From: Candidatus Poseidoniales archaeon
GTDB taxonomy: Archaea > Thermoplasmatota > Poseidoniia > Poseidoniales > Poseidoniaceae
Assembly (NCBI GenBank): GCA_003602645.1
Contig: QQSI01000040.1
Coordinates: 4,152-68,151, forward strand
Direction of reading: 5' to 3'
DNA: 64,000 nucleotides
How positions within the stretch are numbered: position 1 is the stretch's first letter; every line of letters begins with the position of its first letter. The notes below the pieces were generated by a model. That model was not told the DNA's origin, searched no databases, and was given only the letters and a program-made list of their open reading frames with translations. A program made the position numbers and the translations under genes. This document shows, piece by piece, positions 46,795-55,559 of the stretch.

Positions 46795-47277
46795 TTACCA
46801 ACTGGTCTCTTCCCATTGGGGTGATTTACACCATTGGAGCAAATCGAGAGCGACCTCGCAAGATTCTGCAACTTCTGGATTTGGATCGTTGAGGTGGGCT
46901 TTGAGCACCGGCAAGACGCTCAGATCACCAATCGCTCCCATTGCTTCGGCCGCTTCGTGTCGGACCATGACATGCTCCTTATCGTCGCTGAGCCTTTCAA
47001 TGAGAGTAGGGAGGGCGGTTGGGTTTTGCATTTGACCAAGGACATAGGCGAGTTCATGACGCAGCAAAGCACTGCTTGAAAAAAATGCACTACACAATGC
47101 TAGGCAAGCTTCGTCCGACCCGTCGTTGCGAAGGGAGAACACTGTTCGCATTCGCTGAAACATTGGTGCGTTTTCATCCATTAAAAGAGCAGACCACTCT
47201 TTGAGTGTACCCACATTCTGTGGAGGGGCGGGGTCAACCGAACCATATTGGCTCACTCCAGGTGCCCGTTCAGTCAT
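46795..47277 (-). CDS. Deoxyhypusine-hydroxylase-like HEAT-repeat protein (half-size, two His-Glu motifs)
   Basis: FQRMRTVFSLRNDG...SSALLRHELAYVLGQMQ...EHVMVRHEAAEAMGAIGD...NPEVAESCEVALD closely follows the DOHH HEAT-repeat/HE-motif pattern; ~160 aa = one lobe; ATG at 47277 (track start GTG). Confidence 0.7.
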   Translation of the reverse strand: MTERAPGVSQYGSVDPAPPQNVGTLKEWSALLMDENAPMFQRMRTVFSLRNDGSDEACLALCSAFFSSSALLRHELAYVLGQMQNPTALPTLIERLSDDKEHVMVRHEAAEAMGAIGDLSVLPVLKAHLNDPNPEVAESCEVALDLLQWCKSPQWEETSW

Positions 47278-47289
47278 ACACCTCACCAC

Positions 47290-48177
47290 TCAGGACTCAT
47301 CGGAGCCAATAAATTGCATGTCTCCGGGCTTGAACGCTGGATCAATGAGTCCGATTTCTTGGCCTTCTGTGATAAATTGCCGGATGGAAGCGCGTCCTTC
47401 TTTCTTGTAATCGATGGTGCGGTCATTGACGTACATGCTCACAAATTCCTTATTGGTGTCATCATCAATGCCTCTGCCCCACTTTTTGGCAAATTCAAGT
47501 GCTTCAGCAGGTGATTTCAGAGCATACTCAATGCTCATTTTGGTGTACTTAGTGATGTCTTCCATTGCTTGTGCTCCAAGATCTCGACGGACGACATTGC
47601 CTCCAAGCGGCATAGGCCAACCGCCGGTTCGTTCGTTCCACCAAACACCAAGATCAATATGCACGTGAAGGTCGTGATCAACATAGGTCAGTTGGCCTTC
47701 GTGAATGATGAGACCACTCAAGTAGGTTCCATCGAGGATGCGTGGGATGATTTCATCGAAGGGAACAACGGCAACTTCGCAGTCACCCCATGCCAGACGC
47801 AGCCCCATGTAGGCACTTGTTTTGAGGCCAGGGACGGCGATGATGTTGCTTCGGACATCTGATTCGCTTGCGCCCTGCATTGAAACAACCATTGGACCAT
47901 ACCCCTCACCCATCGAGGCACCACAATTCATCAAAGCATAATTCTCGGAAATTTCTGGGAATGCGTGGATGGAGACTGCTGAAACTTCAAGGTCGCAATT
48001 CATTGCGCGGTGGTTGAGTGTTTCGATGTCTTGCAGTTCGTGTACGAAGTGGTAGCCAGGAGTTGGAAAGGCACCAGTGGTCATTGCGTGGAACATAAAG
48101 GCGTCATCTGGGTCCGGAGAGTGTCCGATTCGAACAATTTTGTTGCCGTCTTCATCAAGGGGTAATTGAGCCACCAT
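47290..48177 (-). CDS. mqnD: MqnA/MqnD-family protein (likely 1,4-dihydroxy-6-naphthoate synthase, futalosine pathway)
   Basis: RIGHSPDPDDAFMFHAM...ELQDIETLNHRAMNCDLEVSAVSIHAF follows MqnD (PF02621) consensus; ATG at 48177. Confidence 0.7.
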   Translation of the reverse strand: MVAQLPLDEDGNKIVRIGHSPDPDDAFMFHAMTTGAFPTPGYHFVHELQDIETLNHRAMNCDLEVSAVSIHAFPEISENYALMNCGASMGEGYGPMVVSMQGASESDVRSNIIAVPGLKTSAYMGLRLAWGDCEVAVVPFDEIIPRILDGTYLSGLIIHEGQLTYVDHDLHVHIDLGVWWNERTGGWPMPLGGNVVRRDLGAQAMEDITKYTKMSIEYALKSPAEALEFAKKWGRGIDDDTNKEFVSMYVNDRTIDYKKEGRASIRQFITEGQEIGLIDPAFKPGDMQFIGSDES

Positions 48178-48312
48178 GATGCCTCGACTGGCGCGCCCTT
48201 GATGAACCAACCGCTAATTTTTCCTGATTTCTTCTTTTCCTGCATTGGTGATGCATTCACCGATTTGTTTTCAGTGTTGATTGATTCATCTGGGTCCAAG
48301 GGGAGTCGTGGT

Positions 48313-50514
48313 TTGGGCGTCAAGGCAACTGGTTGCATTGCATTTATGCTGTTGGTGATGCTCTCCACGCCAGTGGCCTCGAGCGCGTCAACCATTTCGT
48401 TCACAGGCACCACGACCGTTGAAACCACCGACGGATCCTCGGCCTTAGCTATTGATTCGGACATGAACTACCTCGCAAGCGGTTACGATGACCACATGGC
48501 CATCATGTGGTTGGATAATCTATCGCTGATTGATATCATTGAAGTGGATCGACCCGTGGAATCACTGGAGTTTTCACCGGATGGCTCTCTCTTGGCTATT
48601 GCCATATCAGGGTCGGAAACAAAGGAGGACACCATTCAATTATTTGATGTCGAATCCATGACTCTGAGCCAAAAGCAACAATCGGCTAACGCTCGCCCAG
48701 TGGACATTGCCTGGTCGCCAGATGGGTTGCTACTTGCGGTTCCAAACGCGAATAATGGTATTGATTTAATCCGTATTTCTGATATGGAAATAGAGCGGAG
48801 TTTGACTGGCGAACACAATACAGACGTGACTTGTATTGGATTCACAAGCAACGGTGGGCATGTTATCAGCGGTGATGAATCGGGGCGAATGGTGATGTGG
48901 AACGTCGATGGTACTCCGACAGCAAAAAAATGGGAGTTTGGAAATGAACTCAAAACATGTTCTTTTGACCCAACCGACACACGCATCGCATCGCTTACGG
49001 TCGACGGTGCATTGAACACGCTTTCTTTTTCCGGTGGTGATTTACAAAGCGCTCAATTTACCTCAGGAGGTGGCTTGAGTTGGTCGTATGAAGGGACCTA
49101 CATACATTTGACAGAAAATGGCGATGCTCCACGATTGCTGACATTGGATGCCTCCACATTTGAACAAGTGGAATCGACCTACATGGCTCACCAAGTGTTG
49201 GATATTGCCACGATCGAAAATCAATACGGTTTGGTTCAAGAATTCTATGCAGCAACCAACACCCTCCATTTGGCGAGGTATGGTAGCCATGCTGTCCCCG
49301 AAGGAATGGGGGTTGCTGGAGCAGACCTCGATGGTGATGGCATACCGGATTCACTCGACGATGATGATGACGGTGATGCGATCTTTGATCAATGGGATAC
49401 GTATTGCGGTGAGGTTGAAACAGATTGTGCACGCTCCCCCCATGAAGACCACATTCGTTCGGTTTCGATTCAATTGAACGCCACACATATGACGATTAAT
49501 GACAGGATCAAATTGGACATCGTCCTATCCTCTTCAATCAGAAATATGTCGAGAATTTCTATTATTGAGGATGCTCAGCTCAGTGGGAGCGAAACCGAAT
49601 TGTTTGCCCAATCCGTTTGTGCTAACCATGATGAGAGCAGAATCCTTGAACAATGGAAAGATACACTGATGCTTTCAGAAGGCCAATTGGAAGGTGGAAT
49701 AGTAACCTGTGCCGTCAGCGAAGGCATGACGCTCAGAGCACAAAATGATTTCAAAACTCACATCGGTGTTGAATACACGATTTCGTTCAACCTTTCCTCT
49801 GCACCGATTTTCCCGTTCACAGTTGCATTCGAAGAGCAACCTATCGCCACTGATGCCTCATTATCCCATCTTGCAGAAATGCATCCTATTCATGTGACGC
49901 TTTCTGCAAAGGGAGCGAATGATGTCGAATTGTCTCCATGGTGGACCACAGAATCTCCTTTGGAACTCACTTTGGAGGAACGCGTGGTCAAAGAACCAAC
50001 CTTGACACAGAAAGGAGTGGATTTATTCGCGAATTATCCAATTCTTTTTGTCTTCGTTCTTGCCTTCCTTGCTGGAGGCATCGTGCTCGTATTGAGGACA
50101 AAAAACACAATGGGTATGGATCTCAACATCTTTGACGAAGAGGATGATGAGCCGAGTCGCGATGAAGACGAGGATGAATCAAGCACCTCAATCGAAGAGG
50201 AAGCTTCACTTGAAGTCCCTCTTGCCGAGCCGGAACAAGCAAAACCCGTCGAATCAAAAACGAATGTAAGGGACACAACGACCGACCATCCAGTTCAGAC
50301 CAAAAAACGCAGGAAAGTGAGCCAACGCACCTCCAGAGAGGGCCCGATTACAACAGTGAAGAGAAAGCGCTTGGATGGTGGAGAAGAACCTCCTGTTCAG
50401 AAAAGAGCAACCAGCAAAAAGCGAATTGTCAAACCCAACACGTCGACAAAGCGGAAGACAAGAAGGGTCGTAACTCAATCCGACAAAGAAGAAGACACTT
50501 CACCAGGCGAATGA
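48313..50514 (+). CDS. Membrane-anchored extracellular WD40/beta-propeller protein with basic C-terminal tail
   Basis: Signal-like KATGCIAFMLLVMLSTPVASSAS, multiple WD-like repeats (e.g. SPDGSLLAIA, SPDGLLLAVP, GHVISGDESGRMVMWN), C-terminal TM ILFVFVLAFLAGGIVLVL then D/E then K/R-rich tail; start uncertain (TTG 48313 or ATG 48346) because upstream alternatives overlap divergent mqnD. Confidence 0.7.
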   Translation: MGVKATGCIAFMLLVMLSTPVASSASTISFTGTTTVETTDGSSALAIDSDMNYLASGYDDHMAIMWLDNLSLIDIIEVDRPVESLEFSPDGSLLAIAISGSETKEDTIQLFDVESMTLSQKQQSANARPVDIAWSPDGLLLAVPNANNGIDLIRISDMEIERSLTGEHNTDVTCIGFTSNGGHVISGDESGRMVMWNVDGTPTAKKWEFGNELKTCSFDPTDTRIASLTVDGALNTLSFSGGDLQSAQFTSGGGLSWSYEGTYIHLTENGDAPRLLTLDASTFEQVESTYMAHQVLDIATIENQYGLVQEFYAATNTLHLARYGSHAVPEGMGVAGADLDGDGIPDSLDDDDDGDAIFDQWDTYCGEVETDCARSPHEDHIRSVSIQLNATHMTINDRIKLDIVLSSSIRNMSRISIIEDAQLSGSETELFAQSVCANHDESRILEQWKDTLMLSEGQLEGGIVTCAVSEGMTLRAQNDFKTHIGVEYTISFNLSSAPIFPFTVAFEEQPIATDASLSHLAEMHPIHVTLSAKGANDVELSPWWTTESPLELTLEERVVKEPTLTQKGVDLFANYPILFVFVLAFLAGGIVLVLRTKNTMGMDLNIFDEEDDEPSRDEDEDESSTSIEEEASLEVPLAEPEQAKPVESKTNVRDTTTDHPVQTKKRRKVSQRTSREGPITTVKRKRLDGGEEPPVQKRATSKKRIVKPNTSTKRKTRRVVTQSDKEEDTSPGE

Positions 50515-51306
50515 TGAGCCTTCTGTGAGATCGCAAGCATCGACCAAGAACTGTTCTAGCCCTTGTATGTGTTCTGGGTCCAACCGATTGAAAACTTCAC
50601 CAAAGTATCGATCCAATCGATCGTATTTGAGGTCTGATTTCGACATTGACCACTCGATAACTTCCTTCCTTGTTTTTGGGTCGGATTCAAAATGTGAAAG
50701 GCGATGAAGCAAAGCTTCCTGTGCGGCTTGCACATCCTCTATTGGGGTGTCTCTTCTGGCTGCAAAAACTCCGAAAACCATTGGTTTTTGCGTTCGATTG
50801 AGCCATGCTTGTCCAAGATCGAGTTGAACTCGTTCTGGTTGTTTCTTGGCTTCTTCCAAGGCACGGTCTCCAATGAGAAGGGCACCATCGCATTCGGAGA
50901 GCATGGTGTCCAAATCTGGGCCCATCAACTGTGTTTTTGGTTCCAAACGCTCTTGTTTTAGAATGTACTTCAGTAGAGCAACAGACGTCATCGAATCTGT
51001 GGGTAATGCGATGCTTTGCATTTTTGCCAACGGCAGATCACCGAACAGCAAAACGCTACCAACTTCCCCTTTGCTGCAGATCCCTATTTCTGGAACCAGA
51101 ACAAGTTTGTCGGCATGTCGGGCGTAATCTGCTGCTGGAATGGGGGCAAGGACACAATCCTTTCTCAGGAGGTGTCCGGTGAGCCATGAAGGGGGAGCGG
51201 GTAGAACTTCCCATTCATCATCGAGGCCGTAAAAAAGTGGGTCGCAATTTAGGAAAGCAACGCGGCCGATGATGCGCTTCCACCGAGGGGTTTGAGCCAC
51301 TTGCAT
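50500..51306 (-). CDS. mqnA: Chorismate dehydratase MqnA-family protein (futalosine pathway)
   Basis: RVAFLNCDPLFYGL...VLAPIPAADYA and later LLIGDRALE match MqnA consensus (ig-x-YlN-x-Pl). Confidence 0.7.
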   Translation of the reverse strand: MQVAQTPRWKRIIGRVAFLNCDPLFYGLDDEWEVLPAPPSWLTGHLLRKDCVLAPIPAADYARHADKLVLVPEIGICSKGEVGSVLLFGDLPLAKMQSIALPTDSMTSVALLKYILKQERLEPKTQLMGPDLDTMLSECDGALLIGDRALEEAKKQPERVQLDLGQAWLNRTQKPMVFGVFAARRDTPIEDVQAAQEALLHRLSHFESDPKTRKEVIEWSMSKSDLKYDRLDRYFGEVFNRLDPEHIQGLEQFLVDACDLTEGSSFAW

Positions 51307-51314
51307 CCGTCCAT

Positions 51315-52529
51315 CTACTCCTGTATAACTTGCAGTCTTTTTCGGCGCTTTGGCTCAGGCGCAACATAGATTTCAAATCGCTCATACGTCGTGTTTCTTT
51401 GAATTGGAACACACCCCGCATCTTTGATTAAGCGAGACAACTGAAATCGATCATGGTCCAACGGTGTTGTCGAACCTGCCAAATGCATGATTGATTCTTT
51501 TTGAACGGTCCCGTCAATATCATCAGCGCCAAATTGGAGGGCAAGTTCAGCGAGTTCATCACCAATGTTCATTCTGTAAGCTTTGATGTGGGGAATTGAA
51601 TGGAGCATAAGTCGAGATACTGCTATGGTTCTTAGGATTTCACTCCCTGTCGCAAGTTGCGCTTCAGGAAGGCGAGTGTCATCTGGAAGGAAGGGATAGG
51701 GCACAAAGCATTGAAATCCGCCGGTTTCTGAGGCAAGTTCGCGCAATGAAATCATGTGCTCCACTCGTTGTTGGAGTGTTTCAATGGTCCCAAAGAGCAT
51801 GGTGCAATTGGTTGGAAGCCCGATTTCGTGGGCAGATCTGTGGATGTCGAGGTATTCTTGGGAACTTTCTTTTCCGTTGCAGATAATGGCTCTCACATCA
51901 TCGTCGAGTATTTCCGCGCCCCCTCCAGGCAAAGACCCTAGGCCGGCGTCCTTCATTCGTTGGAGTGTCTCGGTGTACGAAAGGTTCGAAAGTTGGGAAA
52001 TATGTTTGATTTCAACAGCCGTCAATGCCTTGATCGTGATGTGAGGGAACTGTGCTTTTGTGGCACGGAAAAGTTGTTCATAATGTTCAATACCCCAATC
52101 TGGATGAAGGCCTCCTACTGAATGAACCTCATCCACAAATGGAGCATACTGGGCGAGATCTTCGAGGTAAGCGTCGATTTCCATAGCGTACGCATCCTGT
52201 GCCTTTTTGCTTCTTCGGAAAGCGCAGAATTTGCAGGCTAATACGCAGACATTGGTTTGGTTCACGTGGACATTGCTGTTGAAGAATGCCTTGTCATCAA
52301 AGCGCGCTGTCCGTACCTCATGCGCTAACCGCCCAACCTCACTGAGGTTTGGGTGATTGTAGAGGGTGAGACCGTCTTCCAATGAGAGGGATTCACCGCG
52401 AATCAATTTGTCTACCAAGGGTGAGAGAGGTTTGCTCCATTGGGAACTTTGTAGAAGTGAATCTGTCAGGCGTTGTTGCCAATCTTGGTTTGAACCAGCG
52501 TCAAACCGCGATGATGTCCATCCTGACAT
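51315..52529 (-). CDS. Radical-SAM enzyme of the MqnC/MqnE family (aminofutalosine synthase or cyclic dehypoxanthine-futalosine synthase)
   Basis: NSNVHVNQTNVCVLACKFCAF CxxxCxxC-type cluster motif and CofH/MqnE-like overall similarity; ATG at 52529. Confidence 0.8.
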   Translation of the reverse strand: MSGWTSSRFDAGSNQDWQQRLTDSLLQSSQWSKPLSPLVDKLIRGESLSLEDGLTLYNHPNLSEVGRLAHEVRTARFDDKAFFNSNVHVNQTNVCVLACKFCAFRRSKKAQDAYAMEIDAYLEDLAQYAPFVDEVHSVGGLHPDWGIEHYEQLFRATKAQFPHITIKALTAVEIKHISQLSNLSYTETLQRMKDAGLGSLPGGGAEILDDDVRAIICNGKESSQEYLDIHRSAHEIGLPTNCTMLFGTIETLQQRVEHMISLRELASETGGFQCFVPYPFLPDDTRLPEAQLATGSEILRTIAVSRLMLHSIPHIKAYRMNIGDELAELALQFGADDIDGTVQKESIMHLAGSTTPLDHDRFQLSRLIKDAGCVPIQRNTTYERFEIYVAPEPKRRKRLQVIQE

Positions 52530-52584
52530 ACATACCCCTATCACGATGCGTTCTTGAAGATGTGGATGAATCCATAGCGTAACA

Positions 52585-55506
52585 TCAACGAGAACCCGGT
52601 GTGAAGAAATTCGAATTGACGATGAATTTTCTGAACTCGTCAATCACGAAAACAGAGCCTGAGACGACAAAAATAATCGCCCAATCTGTTGCTGATAAGA
52701 CCGTTGTCGACATCAAGTCACCCACGTGTAAACTGGTGAGTGGTATCCTATGTTCTGCAAGTTGAACAAAGAACATCAATAATCCGAGTGAGAATAAAAA
52801 GGCGTAATTAATCCACTTGTTTGAAAACAAGCCGAGCTTGAACGCACTTTCTCGATTGCTTCGGCAATTCATCACGTTGAACAGTTGATAGACAATAAAC
52901 ACTGAGAACGTCATGGTTTGAGCATGTTGGAACAATTCCTCATTGTTTGTTTCAGAAGCTTGTATTGCAGCAAGTTGTTCTTGAGTGGCCTCGTCTCCCA
53001 TTCGAATACCAAGTTCACATTGGGCGACATCAAAGGGAGCTTCAGCTTCAGTTTGGAGGGGGTGGATGTCACATGTACCAACTCCGCCACCTGCAAGGAA
53101 GAAGACGATGAGCGTCCCAGTGACCATCACAGCACCAAGATAGAAGATCAGTGTGATGTCCCTGAAATTAGGCATGCCTTCATTGACCGGACGCGGTGGT
53201 TGGTTCATGACATCACCATGGTTTTTCTCAACACCTAAGGCAACGGCAGGTGGACCATCCATCAGAATGTTGATGACGAGAATTTGTGTTGCTGTCAAAG
53301 GTAAATTCCAACCAAACAAAAAGGTGGAAATAATGATCAAGGCAACAGCTGCGACGTTGGTAGAGACCTGGTAGCGTACGAAATTTCGAATGTTTTGGTA
53401 GATTTTTCGTCCTTCTTCAACGGCATGAACAATGTTGGCGAAGTTATCATCTTGAAGCACCATGTCGGCAGCATCCTTGGCTACATCTGTACCAGCAATG
53501 CCCATTGCGATGCCGATGTTAGCTCGTGATAAGGCGGGGGCGTCATTGACCCCATCACCCGTCATGGCAACAATTTCACCTTGATCCTGTAGGGAAGAGA
53601 CGATGCGCATCTTCTGTTCTGGTGTGACCCTAGAAAAGATGGAAGCCTGACCGGATGCTTCGCTCAATTGTTGGTCGTCATAATCCGCCAATGCATTGCC
53701 GTTCACAGGAGGTATGCCACCTTCGGTGATGTTCAATTCACGGCCGATGGCTTCCGCAGTGTATTGTTGATCACCAGTGATCATTTTCACCCGGATTCCT
53801 GCGCGCTGACACACTTCAATGGCGTCTTTGACTTCCGCTCTAGGCGGGTCCATGATACCAACAAGGCCGAGGAAAATGAAACTTGATTCAACACTGTCGA
53901 TGTCCTCGATGTCTTCATCATCATCAAGGCGACGGGCGCAGAGGGCAATCACGCGCATGGCTTGGCCTGCCATGTCTTTGTTAGCAATTGAGGCCAGTTC
54001 AAAGTCAGTTTCCTCGATCGGAACAATTTCCCCATCCTTGATTTTCCATTTCACCAGAGAAACATATCCACCAGCTCCGCCTTTCGAAAAGACCCAGCGT
54101 TCGCCTTCATAATCGTGGATAACTGACATTCGCTTCCGATTGGTATCGAAAAAGAATTCATGGAGCCGCGAATGTCGTTGAGCGAATTTCTTCACATCCC
54201 CATTGATTTTCCACCCAAGAACTGCGCATGCTGAGTCTGTTGGATCGCCAAGTGCCTGCCATTGTCCATCAACTTTAGAGATTTGAGAATTGTGACATAG
54301 ACTCAAGCACGCAGCAGAAAGGCGGAAAGCAAGATCGCTTTGATATCCTGAAAGTTCTTCGCCAGTGACAATTTTTCCGTTATACGAAAGTTCACCCTTT
54401 GGTTTGAAACCTTCTCCGGAGATAGTGAATGTGCCATCCGTGGTGGTGAGTTGGCGTGCTGTCATCTGATTCTTTGTGAGTGTGCCAGTTTTGTCAGAGC
54501 AAATGACAGTTGTGGAGCCAAGCGTTTCAACAGCCTTCATTCGTCGAATGATTGCTTTGTGTTTAGCCATATTACGCATACCAAGGGCAAGCGTAATCAC
54601 AAGAATAATTGGCAATCCTTCTGGAACAATAGCCACGAAAATCGCGATGGCTACAATAAATTGTTCAACCGCAACCTCTCGCAAATCCGCTGTCGGGTCA
54701 CCATAAGCAATGATCATCTTGATGGCTACCATGAGTACCGCAACAACAAGCGCTACAATTCCAAGGAATTTGCCCAAGGATTCAAGTTTGTGCTCAAGGG
54801 GGGTTTTCGGTGACTCGGAGCCCACGATATCGCTTGCAATCCGTCCAAGTTCAGTGTTCATTCCTATGTTGACCACAATGCCAACAGCACGTCCAGTGGC
54901 TACACTGGTGCCCATGTAGGCCATGTTATTTCTGTCAGCGAGCAAAGCTTCGCTAGCAATTGGCGCGGTTGTTTTCTTAATGCTGTCAGATTCACCTGTC
55001 AGCGATGACTCATCAATTTTGCATTGATAGGATTCAACCACTCGTACATCCGCTGGCACATTGATGCCTTCCTCGAGTTTGACCACATCCCCGGGAACCA
55101 GGAGGGGGGTTGGCACCTCTTGTTCGACACCATCACGAACAACAATACAGCTTGATACGGCCATTTGTTTGAGTGAATCCATCGCCTGTTCCGCCTGACC
55201 TTCTTGCCAAAATCCGAAAACGGCATTTGCAGTGAGGACTGAAAAAATGAAAATTGCGTCTCCAGGTTGGTCTGGGTGAATGGAAAGGGCAACGAGTGCA
55301 GCACCAATGAGAAGGTAATTGAGTGGATCGTTATATTGGGAGAGAAAACGCAACCAGGCAGGGGTTTTCTCAGGTTCTTGGAGTTTGTTTTCACCATATT
55401 TGGCGCGTCGAACTTCAACCTCGGAAGCACTCAACCCTTCAGGCTGGGTCTCGAGCTTGAGATATGTGTCTTCAGATGTCACATCGTGCCATTGTTGTGT
55501 TGCCAT
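52585..55506 (-). CDS. P-type cation-transporting ATPase (type II, Ca2+-ATPase-like)
   Basis: ICSDKTGTLT phosphorylation motif, TGES-type actuator region, MITGDQ and TGDGVNDAPAL hinge motifs, 10 TM; ATG at 55506. Confidence 0.9.
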   Translation of the reverse strand: MATQQWHDVTSEDTYLKLETQPEGLSASEVEVRRAKYGENKLQEPEKTPAWLRFLSQYNDPLNYLLIGAALVALSIHPDQPGDAIFIFSVLTANAVFGFWQEGQAEQAMDSLKQMAVSSCIVVRDGVEQEVPTPLLVPGDVVKLEEGINVPADVRVVESYQCKIDESSLTGESDSIKKTTAPIASEALLADRNNMAYMGTSVATGRAVGIVVNIGMNTELGRIASDIVGSESPKTPLEHKLESLGKFLGIVALVVAVLMVAIKMIIAYGDPTADLREVAVEQFIVAIAIFVAIVPEGLPIILVITLALGMRNMAKHKAIIRRMKAVETLGSTTVICSDKTGTLTKNQMTARQLTTTDGTFTISGEGFKPKGELSYNGKIVTGEELSGYQSDLAFRLSAACLSLCHNSQISKVDGQWQALGDPTDSACAVLGWKINGDVKKFAQRHSRLHEFFFDTNRKRMSVIHDYEGERWVFSKGGAGGYVSLVKWKIKDGEIVPIEETDFELASIANKDMAGQAMRVIALCARRLDDDEDIEDIDSVESSFIFLGLVGIMDPPRAEVKDAIEVCQRAGIRVKMITGDQQYTAEAIGRELNITEGGIPPVNGNALADYDDQQLSEASGQASIFSRVTPEQKMRIVSSLQDQGEIVAMTGDGVNDAPALSRANIGIAMGIAGTDVAKDAADMVLQDDNFANIVHAVEEGRKIYQNIRNFVRYQVSTNVAAVALIIISTFLFGWNLPLTATQILVINILMDGPPAVALGVEKNHGDVMNQPPRPVNEGMPNFRDITLIFYLGAVMVTGTLIVFFLAGGGVGTCDIHPLQTEAEAPFDVAQCELGIRMGDEATQEQLAAIQASETNNEELFQHAQTMTFSVFIVYQLFNVMNCRSNRESAFKLGLFSNKWINYAFLFSLGLLMFFVQLAEHRIPLTSLHVGDLMSTTVLSATDWAIIFVVSGSVFVIDEFRKFIVNSNFFTPGSR

Positions 55507-55559
55507 GAAATTCACCAAAGAAGGGAGGACCCTACATTAGGGGGTTCTATATTGGACTT

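Noticed and set aside
46526-46816. Full 96-aa track ORF overlapping the DOHH-like gene end
   Set aside because: The upstream 27 codons overlap the DOHH-like gene; trimmed to the internal ATG at 46735, and even that product is only weakly supported.
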